NCBI GenBank assembly: GCA_021300055.1 | Contig: JAJTHU010000035.1 | Location: forward strand, 1 to 51,750 | From: Nitrosomonadaceae bacterium | GTDB lineage: Bacteria; Pseudomonadota; Gammaproteobacteria; Burkholderiales; Usitatibacteraceae | Length of the DNA stretch: 51,750 nucleotides | Direction: 5' to 3' | Shown: positions 45,032-51,750 of the stretch, one piece after another | Numbering within the stretch: position 1 is the stretch's first letter | How the letters are laid out: the number at the start of each line of letters is the position of its first letter | Position numbers and translations under genes: made by a program | The notes under the pieces: model-generated | Told to the model about the DNA's origin: nothing | The model's input: only the letters and a program-made list of their open reading frames with translations | Database searches by the model: none

Positions 45032-48000
45032 TTAGAACTCGTAGCGGAAGGTAACTTGCATCTGCCACTGCGACTCGAGGCGGACTTGACGCGTCTGGAA
45101 GTCGGTTACACCAGCGTTACGCAGCGCGTAGATGTAACGGCCCTGTGGATCGATACCAACGTAGTTCACGAAATTACGCGTTGACGGGAACGCGATTTCG
45201 TTGATCTGGCCCCAACGCTTGTTCATTAGGTTGAGAACGTTGAAGATATCGACCGAGATCACTGACTTGTGCTCTTTTACGAAGCCAGGCAACTCTTGGG
45301 TAACACGCATATCGAGCGTGTTGGTCCATGGGTTGAACGAGTCGTTGCGGCTGACAACCCCACCACGGGTCTTGATCCCGGTGTTGTTGACGATCTGCCA
45401 GAACGCATCCTCGTTGGTACGGCTGGTTGGCGTATCGCCCAAGAACACAACTTCACCCGAGCCTGGGCCACGTGGGATGTACATCAAGTCGTTGCCACTG
45501 ACGCCATCACCGTTCATGTCGTTACTGTAAACCCAGCTGTATGGCTTACCACGACGACCTTCAGCAAAGAAGCCGACGCGCGTCTTGTACTTGCCGAAGA
45601 AAGCGCGTTCCCACATCAACGAACCATTGATCCGGTCTTTGATGAGGTAGTTGGAATTCGAGGCAACGTCTTCGTTAGCGTTGAAGACGGCATTGTTCAG
45701 CCAGTTCGAGTTCGAGACCGACGAGGTCAGCGGGTTAACTTCTTTCGAGGTCGTGTAGGTGTAAGCCAACGACCAGCTCCAGCCCTTCATCATCGGGCGG
45801 CTCAACGCCACCGTTGCTTGGTTGCCGCCACCCTTCTTCGTTTCAGATGCCAGCAATACGTTCGCGAAGTTCGGGTTGCTCAGAGAGCGTGAGCGGAAGC
45901 CCGTACAGGTACCGGTGGTGATCGTGCCGCCCGTTGCGGTCCAGCAAGCAGGGTTGTAGCCTTGATCCGTCCAGTACATCTGGCGACCATCAGCACCGCT
46001 ACGCGTTGGCGCACCGAGGTTCAGGTGCTGGTAGTAGATACCAGAGTTTGTCTTGGTGTAGAGCCACTCGACGCTCGCAACCATTCCCCACCATGGGAGT
46101 TGGTGCTCGAACGCAATATTGGCTTTCCACACCGACGGTTGACCCATCCCCTTCTGAATGAAGTCGACGTTCGCAGCAGGCGGGTTAGCCGTCAGCGTTG
46201 GCTGTGCATCCGGGTTCATGCTGAACAATCCGCCCGTGGTTGGGCAAGCTGAGAAGCTACCGCCGCAACCGATAAAGCGCGTTGCGATACCAGTGTTCGA
46301 GTAGGGATTGGACAGCCACACGTTAGCAGCAGCACCTTGGAACAAACCGAAGCCACCGCGTACTTGCATCGGACGCTTGGTATCAAACGTGTAGTTGAAG
46401 CCAAAGCGCGGCTGAATGAGGTTTTCACCATCGATAGTGACGCTGTTATCCAAACCAAAACCACCGGAGTTTCTGGTGGTGCCCGAGCCGGCGACGAGCG
46501 GCGCGGCGGCGGCGGCGTTGAACAGCGGCTTGGTGCCGATCTTCGGCGCGTCTAGGCGCACACCAAACATCAAGGTGAGGTTCTTGTTGACGCTCCAGGT
46601 GTCTTGAATGAAGGCCCCGATGTTGTCGAGCTTCCAACGTGCGACACCGTCATTGAGCGTACGACCCGTTGCAGGCACTTGAACTTGGTAGAACGAAGGA
46701 CGACCAATTCGGAAGTTCTCGAGAACGGCAGCTTGGACCTGGTCAGCAGTCGCCGTGCCACAGTTAATCGCGCCGAACGAATAGGTGTAGGTCGCGCTAC
46801 TGTTTACGCAACTAAACGTGTACTGACCAAAAACGTCTTGCAAGAACGCGTTGTAAACGTCATTGCTGGCGAAGTCTGCACCAAACTTGACTTCGTGATC
46901 CTTCAAGAACAAGGTACCGCCTGCATAGGCATCCCAAGTCTTGGTGTCGAGTTGGTTGAATTGACGGCTGCGCTCGGTACCAAATACCAACGAGCGGGTA
47001 CCGGCCTGAGCGACTGCTCCAACTGGAAGTGCACCCGTAAAGCTGAGTGTGACCTGTGGCAGACGCGAGGGCACGCGGTGATTCAGCGCTGAGTCACGCT
47101 TGGAGACCTTGAATTCAGTGCTGAACTTGTCGGACCAATCAGAGAACAACTGTGCAACGGTGGTCTCGATCGACTTGACTTCCGAGCGCTGGTTTGACGC
47201 CAACCCCAACGACGTTGCGTTGATTGCCACGTAGATCGGCTCGAACTGCTCGGTCTTGTTGTAGCGAACGCTTGCGCGATGACGATCACTGATATTCCAG
47301 TCGATCTTGGCCGTCAAATCTTCAACGGACAGCGGCGCCGCGGTGATGTTTTCAGAGCCGATATCGGTACGGTAGACAGATTGCGCAATTTGTTGCGCAC
47401 CCGAAATGGCCGAGGGCTGGATGCCAACGTTTACGAAACCGCTACCGATTGGACCGAACGCGGGCTGCGCACGCGTAGACGTGAGTTCTTCGTAAGCAAC
47501 GAAGAAGAACAGTTTGTCCTTGATGATCGGGCCACCAAGCGTGATACCGCGCGTTTCCTCTTCAAACGGTACACGCGGCGTCCAGACACCCGTCTGGCGG
47601 TTGAAGTTCTGGTTGTTGACGATCTTGTCGTCGCGATACACGCTATATACGCTACCCTTGAAGTCGTTGGTGCCCGACTTGGTGACCGCGTTGATGTTCA
47701 CGCCCGTGTACCCCTTTTGGGTCACGTCGTAGTTCGAAACGTTTACCTGCACCGACTGAATCGCGTCGATCGAGATCGGCTGCTTCAGCGTTGGGAGGTT
47801 GTTCGCCTCAAGACCAAACGTGTCGCTGATATTGACACCATCAACGGTCACCGAGTTGTAGCGGCTATTCTGGCCGCCCAACGAGATCTCACCGCGCTCC
47901 TTGTCGGTTTGCGAGAGGCGAGGATCATTACGAGCGTAGTCCTGCAGATTGCGGTTGATCGACCCGAAAGCTTCGAGTTCTTGGCGGCCGATGTTGGTAC

Positions 48001-48415
48001 TCGTGCCCATTGCGGTCTTGCTGAATGCGTCGGAAATCGCCGTTGCCGCGACTTCAATTTTTTCGACTTTCTTGCCGAGCGTTGCATCTAGCACGGCCGA
48101 TTCCGCCAACACCAAGAAAACGTTTTCGCGCTTCTCGGTGACGCCGTCTTTGGTGATCGTGATCGTGTAAGGACCGCCGACACGCAAACCGCGCGCGGAG
48201 TAGCGCCCTTCAGCATCGGTCGTAGTGTTTGTAACCGAGCCCGATTCAACGTGCACGATCCGAACTTGTGCGCCGGTGACCGCTTTGCCATCTACGGCAG
48301 TGACGCGACCACCTAGACCGGACGTAGTGTTCTGTGCCATCGCCGGAACCGCGCCAATTGCGAGCGCGACACACAGCGCAATCTTGGAGATGCGCATACG
48401 CTGGGGAGTATTCAT
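45032..48415 (-). CDS. TonB-dependent outer-membrane receptor, large Oar-like type with an N-terminal carboxypeptidase-regulatory-like domain (1127 aa)
   Basis: Signal peptide MNTPQRMRISKIALCVALAIGAVPAMA-Q. A CarbopepD_reg-like segment follows (GRVTAVDGKAVTGAQVRIVHVESG...DAEGRYSARGLRVGGPYTITI), then a plug, then a long beta-barrel ending in TFRYEF (terminal aromatic). Start at ATG 48415. Confidence 0.9.
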   Translation of the reverse strand: MNTPQRMRISKIALCVALAIGAVPAMAQNTTSGLGGRVTAVDGKAVTGAQVRIVHVESGSVTNTTTDAEGRYSARGLRVGGPYTITITKDGVTEKRENVFLVLAESAVLDATLGKKVEKIEVAATAISDAFSKTAMGTSTNIGRQELEAFGSINRNLQDYARNDPRLSQTDKERGEISLGGQNSRYNSVTVDGVNISDTFGLEANNLPTLKQPISIDAIQSVQVNVSNYDVTQKGYTGVNINAVTKSGTNDFKGSVYSVYRDDKIVNNQNFNRQTGVWTPRVPFEEETRGITLGGPIIKDKLFFFVAYEELTSTRAQPAFGPIGSGFVNVGIQPSAISGAQQIAQSVYRTDIGSENITAAPLSVEDLTAKIDWNISDRHRASVRYNKTEQFEPIYVAINATSLGLASNQRSEVKSIETTVAQLFSDWSDKFSTEFKVSKRDSALNHRVPSRLPQVTLSFTGALPVGAVAQAGTRSLVFGTERSRQFNQLDTKTWDAYAGGTLFLKDHEVKFGADFASNDVYNAFLQDVFGQYTFSCVNSSATYTYSFGAINCGTATADQVQAAVLENFRIGRPSFYQVQVPATGRTLNDGVARWKLDNIGAFIQDTWSVNKNLTLMFGVRLDAPKIGTKPLFNAAAAAPLVAGSGTTRNSGGFGLDNSVTIDGENLIQPRFGFNYTFDTKRPMQVRGGFGLFQGAAANVWLSNPYSNTGIATRFIGCGGSFSACPTTGGLFSMNPDAQPTLTANPPAANVDFIQKGMGQPSVWKANIAFEHQLPWWGMVASVEWLYTKTNSGIYYQHLNLGAPTRSGADGRQMYWTDQGYNPACWTATGGTITTGTCTGFRSRSLSNPNFANVLLASETKKGGGNQATVALSRPMMKGWSWSLAYTYTTSKEVNPLTSSVSNSNWLNNAVFNANEDVASNSNYLIKDRINGSLMWERAFFGKYKTRVGFFAEGRRGKPYSWVYSNDMNGDGVSGNDLMYIPRGPGSGEVVFLGDTPTSRTNEDAFWQIVNNTGIKTRGGVVSRNDSFNPWTNTLDMRVTQELPGFVKEHKSVISVDIFNVLNLMNKRWGQINEIAFPSTRNFVNYVGIDPQGRYIYALRNAGVTDFQTRQVRLESQWQMQVTFRYEF

Positions 48416-48655
48416 GGTTTGGAGCCTCAGTGAGGTAGGGAGAGGTGAGAAAGCTGACCGCTTGAGCGAGCACCGCGTGAGAGGCGTCGCCCACATGCAT
48501 AGAAGATTGAGGCAAGCACTGCGCAAGGGCCAACGGACTAGCCTAAACGGCACCCGCTTGAGGGTGCGCCAAACCAGCGAGCGCTTGCATGAAAACTACA
48601 AAATTACAGCGGGGAATTATGACGGATTCGAGACAGCAAGGAAATGCGCCCACCC

Positions 48656-48670
48656 GCAAAAGTCTTTTGC
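48656..48670. promoter_or_regulatory. 15-bp palindrome GCAAAAG-T-CTTTTGC upstream of the TonB receptor gene (candidate operator)
   Basis: Perfect 7+7 arms around one central base, about 240 bp upstream of the receptor ATG. A CATAAT lies on the gene strand at 48616-48621. Confidence 0.25.
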
Positions 48671-48833
48671 ACTCAATGATTTAATCAGTCAAAACAGACC
48701 TTTATCGAGGCTTGTTCACAACCAACCTAAGCCGCGCTGCACGCGATTGAGGGGTGCAAAGACGTGTCACGTTGCGAGAATGCAACACTGCACAAATCCG
48801 CACTAGGCGATCGGTTCGGAGACCGCTTACCGG

Positions 48834-50627
48834 TCAATTTAGTCGAGCAATCCTCGTGCCCGGCATGGGCGGCTCGTACGGCGCTTTCGCAGATCGCGCA
48901 CCGAGGTACTCGACCAACGCTTCGAGATCTTGCACACTGACCTGTCGATCGGTGCCCTCTGTGAACACGGTGAACCCGTCGCCGCCGCCTGCGATGAAAC
49001 TGTTCATCCCAACACGGTACTGTAGATCGTCACGAATGGCGACCCCGTTTAGCTTAAGCGAGCCCGGAACCACGCGATCACCTCGTGGCCGAGAGGCATC
49101 CCACGCGTAGCTAAAGCCAGCCGATACACCCAGGAACAAGCGGCGTTCACCCGGCGTCAAGCCCCATTGCTGCTGCTCAAGCACGCGCTTTAGCTGTGCG
49201 CCAGTGAGGTTCATGACCACAAGGTCGTTCTGAAAGGGTTGCGAGGCGAACAGCATTCCGTAGGTAACGCCGCCATTCGCATCCGGCACCAGCGGTGCCC
49301 GCACACTACTTGCGTTGTTGAACGCGATCACCGCGCCACCCCGCTCTGGACTCGCCGTAGCGGCCAACTGTGCATCAACGATCAGGTTGCCCAGCGCTGA
49401 TTCGCCGCCGGGCGTCGCAACCGTGCTGAGCTCTCGGCTCACACGCGCAACGACGCGTTTTTCTCGTGGCTCACCCAGCGCGATGTAGCGCTGCAAAAAA
49501 TCGGTCAGCTTTGGATCCTTTGGGCCATCCGGGCTGACGATCAAATTCTTGGCACGCTTCGAGACCACGTCACGAGATGTGCGATCAATTTGCAGATCGA
49601 TTTCCGTTAGCAGCGTGCCGAAACTACCCGCGCTTGTGACGAGCTTGTTGTTTATCTCGCAGATGTAAAAGCGATGCGTGTGGCCAGTCACCACAACATC
49701 GACTGACGGGTCGAGGCGCTCGACAATTCCTCGAACGGGGCCTCTGAAGTTGACGCACTCGTTGATGCCGCCGCTTTGCTCTCCCCCCTCATGCACCACC
49801 ACCACAATTGTCTCGATGCCCTGTTTCTTCAGTTCGGGCACGAGGCGGTTGGTCGTTTCTACCTCGTCCTCAAAGACCATGCCTGCCGTACCGCCGGGCC
49901 GCACGAGGGTCGGTGTGTTCTTAAGGGTCATGCCAATGAAACCAACCTTCAAACCCTCAAATTCGCGCACCGCGACGGCAGGAAACAGCGTGGTGCCCGT
50001 GGCCGCCTCGACGACGTTAGCGGCCAGCACCGAGAACTTGGCGCCCGCATAGGGCGGACGGCCTTGGCAATCGGGCCTCCCCGAGCTATCCGGCGCACAA
50101 CCACCCGCGACCAGTCGCCGCAAGTGCGCGACACCATAATCGAATTCGTGGTTGCCAACGGCGTGAATGTCGAGGCCAATGAGGTTCATTGCCTCGATGG
50201 TTGGCTCGTCCTTAAACAGTGCTGAGAGCAGCGGCGTTGCGCCGACCATGTCACCCGCCGAGACGACGGCGGTATTGCGATTACCCGCGCGTAGCGTATT
50301 CACTAGCGCCGCGAACTGCTCAACGCCTCCCGCGCGCTCAAAGCGTAGCCCAGTCGATTGCGTCGCATCAGGCACTGGCACTCGCAAGTTTGGGGTGCGC
50401 AAGTTGCCATGAAAGTCGTTGAAAGCCAGCAGCTTCACGCTCACCGGTCCGGTTGGCGCGGGTTGCGGCGGAGCGGGAACCCCCGCACAGCCAGCCAACA
50501 ACATCGCTAGGCTGACCAACACTCCGGCGCGCGCGGCGATTCTCGGCGAGCGCAGTCGCTCGGACGGACGCGAAACGGAAGCCCCGCCCCTACGGGACTG
50601 CGGAGCAGAAAAGTAGCGTTTGGACAT
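48834..50627 (-). CDS. bifunctional metallophosphatase / 5'-nucleotidase (UshA-like), probable lipoprotein
   Basis: Lipobox LLAGC after a basic/hydrophobic leader. Calcineurin-like motifs FNDFHGNL, GDMVGA, GNHEFDYG and TGHTH, plus a C-terminal 5'-nucleotidase domain (GNLIVDAQL, GGGDGFTVF). Confidence 0.85.
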   Translation of the reverse strand: MSKRYFSAPQSRRGGASVSRPSERLRSPRIAARAGVLVSLAMLLAGCAGVPAPPQPAPTGPVSVKLLAFNDFHGNLRTPNLRVPVPDATQSTGLRFERAGGVEQFAALVNTLRAGNRNTAVVSAGDMVGATPLLSALFKDEPTIEAMNLIGLDIHAVGNHEFDYGVAHLRRLVAGGCAPDSSGRPDCQGRPPYAGAKFSVLAANVVEAATGTTLFPAVAVREFEGLKVGFIGMTLKNTPTLVRPGGTAGMVFEDEVETTNRLVPELKKQGIETIVVVVHEGGEQSGGINECVNFRGPVRGIVERLDPSVDVVVTGHTHRFYICEINNKLVTSAGSFGTLLTEIDLQIDRTSRDVVSKRAKNLIVSPDGPKDPKLTDFLQRYIALGEPREKRVVARVSRELSTVATPGGESALGNLIVDAQLAATASPERGGAVIAFNNASSVRAPLVPDANGGVTYGMLFASQPFQNDLVVMNLTGAQLKRVLEQQQWGLTPGERRLFLGVSAGFSYAWDASRPRGDRVVPGSLKLNGVAIRDDLQYRVGMNSFIAGGGDGFTVFTEGTDRQVSVQDLEALVEYLGARSAKAPYEPPMPGTRIARLN

Positions 50628-50714
50628 GTCGATAGCTTTGCGGGAGGACGGTGACGCGTGACTTTACCGCGACCCAACAGCATACAGCGGGTATCATCGC
50701 AACTTCGTATTTCT

Positions 50715-50728
50715 TGCCGACGTCGGCA
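50715..50728. promoter_or_regulatory. Perfect 14-bp palindrome TGCCGACGTCGGCA in the divergent 5'-nucleotidase / NupC control region
   Basis: The palindrome is self-complementary over all 14 nt. It sits 88 bp from the nucleotidase ATG and 112 bp from the nupC-like ATG. Confidence 0.25.
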
Positions 50729-50839
50729 GCCGCTCAGTCGCCCAGCCGCAGCCTGCCCCTCTCCTGCGCAAGCGTCGCTCGCTGCACCGCATTGCGCAAA
50801 TTCATCCCTCAAGCCATCTCGAATAACAAGGACTGTCGA

Positions 50840-51750
50840 ATGCTGATTCTGCAAAGCCTGTTGGGTTTCGTCGTGCTGTATGCATTTGCTTGGGCGCTTT
50901 CCGAGCGCCGACAGGCCGTGCAGTGGCGTACCGTTGTGGGTGCAATCGGATTGCAGTTGATTCTGTTCCTCCTGATGTTCAAGTTCCCATACTTCAAAGA
51001 AGTCGCCTCATTGCTCAACGAGGCGCTAAACGGCATTGCCGCGGCCACGCGGGAGGGGACGAAGTTCGTGTTTGGCTTTGTCGGCGGCGCTGACGCACCG
51101 TTCGTCCTTAAGGAGGGAGAGCGCCAGCCATTTATCCTCGCGACGCAGGCGCTGCCACTTGTTATCGTGGTCTCAGCGCTGTCGTCAGTGTTGTTCTACT
51201 GGATGATTCTCCCAATCGTCGTCAACGCTTTTTCGTGGGTACTGAAGAAGACACTAGGCGTTGGCGGTGCGATCGGCGTGTCGACTGCAGCGAACATTTT
51301 TCTTGGCACCGTTGAAGCCCCGCTGGTCATCAAGCCCTACATCGCAAGCCTCAGTCGCGGTGAGTTATTCATCACCATGAGCTGCGGGATGGCGGGTATC
51401 GCAGGCACCGTCATGGTGCTTTATGGCCTCATTCTTAAGCCAGTGATTCCCGACGCCATCGGCCATATTCTCATCGTATCGTTTATCTCCGCGCCCGCCG
51501 CGATCGCGTTTTCGGCGCTCATGGTTCCGCACGAAGGGCCGGTGACAGAGGGCATGATCACGACGCAACAACCCGTCTCGAGCACCATGGATGCGGTAAC
51601 GCAGGGCACAGTTGAAGGCGTATCGATCTTTATCAACATCGTGGCGATGCTGCTCGTGCTGACTGCATTGATTGCGCTGCTCAATACCCTGTTCGGCTTT
51701 TTGCCCGATGTCGGCGGCAAACCGCTGACACTCCAGGGTTTGTTCGGTTG
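50840..51750 (+). CDS. NupC/CNT-family nucleoside transporter, 3' end outside the window (not in the ORF track because it has no stop)
   Basis: My own translation from ATG 50840 stays open to the window edge. It gives MLILQSLLGFVVLYAFAWALSERR...GTKFVFGFVGG...VSTAANIFLGTVEAPLVIKPY...ELFITMSCGMAGIAGTVM..., which matches concentrative nucleoside transporter motifs. Confidence 0.8.
   Translation, partial: MLILQSLLGFVVLYAFAWALSERRQAVQWRTVVGAIGLQLILFLLMFKFPYFKEVASLLNEALNGIAAATREGTKFVFGFVGGADAPFVLKEGERQPFILATQALPLVIVVSALSSVLFYWMILPIVVNAFSWVLKKTLGVGGAIGVSTAANIFLGTVEAPLVIKPYIASLSRGELFITMSCGMAGIAGTVMVLYGLILKPVIPDAIGHILIVSFISAPAAIAFSALMVPHEGPVTEGMITTQQPVSSTMDAVTQGTVEGVSIFINIVAMLLVLTALIALLNTLFGFLPDVGGKPLTLQGLFG

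Noticed and set aside
47279-48091. A 270-aa + strand ORF inside the TonB receptor gene
   Set aside because: It is antisense to a gene with clear signal peptide, plug, barrel and terminal-Phe features, and its own composition is R/V/D/L-rich and non-protein-like.
1-51750. A search for CRISPR arrays, tandem repeats, IS elements, integrases, prophage or toxin-antitoxin pairs, and island signatures next to tRNA-Leu
   Set aside because: I saw no regularly spaced direct repeats, no transposase or integrase-like ORFs, and no duplicated tRNA 3' end. The genes flanking the tRNA (queA and the ABC exporter) look native in composition.

Overview
This window reads as a conserved core-chromosome stretch of a GC-rich (about 60% by eye) betaproteobacterium, most likely Burkholderiales. 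Supporting markers are TctAB without a local TctC, the yciB-yciI-bolA-ppiC block, the hda-HAD-pcnB-folK-dNK-panC-panD block, and scpA-scpB-rluB with an Arg/Gly-rich RluB. I call 46 protein-coding genes (two cut by the window edges), one tRNA-Leu(CAA), four hairpin terminators, and a small intergenic hairpin-repeat family. Most genes are housekeeping: gluQ, prmB, rluB, scpAB, trpS, purL, ppa, queA, panCD, folK, pcnB, hda. There are also two efflux systems (RND pair; MFP + ABC + two FtsX permeases), a GGDEF cyclase, a gamma-glutamyltransferase, and a TonB receptor / 5'-nucleotidase / NupC neighbourhood. I saw no CRISPR array, transposase, integrase, prophage or recognisable defence genes. I do not see a convincing novel multi-gene system. 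The best second-look candidates are: (1) an oriented intergenic repeat family with a TGAAAACGCCCGCCA core; (2) a possible nucleotide-scavenging locus with a long untranslated leader and palindromes; (3) tctBA followed by a Cys-rich 64-aa ORF translationally coupled to a GGT; (4) a YgfX/CptA-like membrane protein divergent from ygfZ with no SdhE partner; (5) the strongly expanded RluB; (6) a Cys4 motif in TrpRS; (7) two unrecognised ORFs (248 and 132 aa). All functional calls come from motif and homology recognition by eye. No database search was run.
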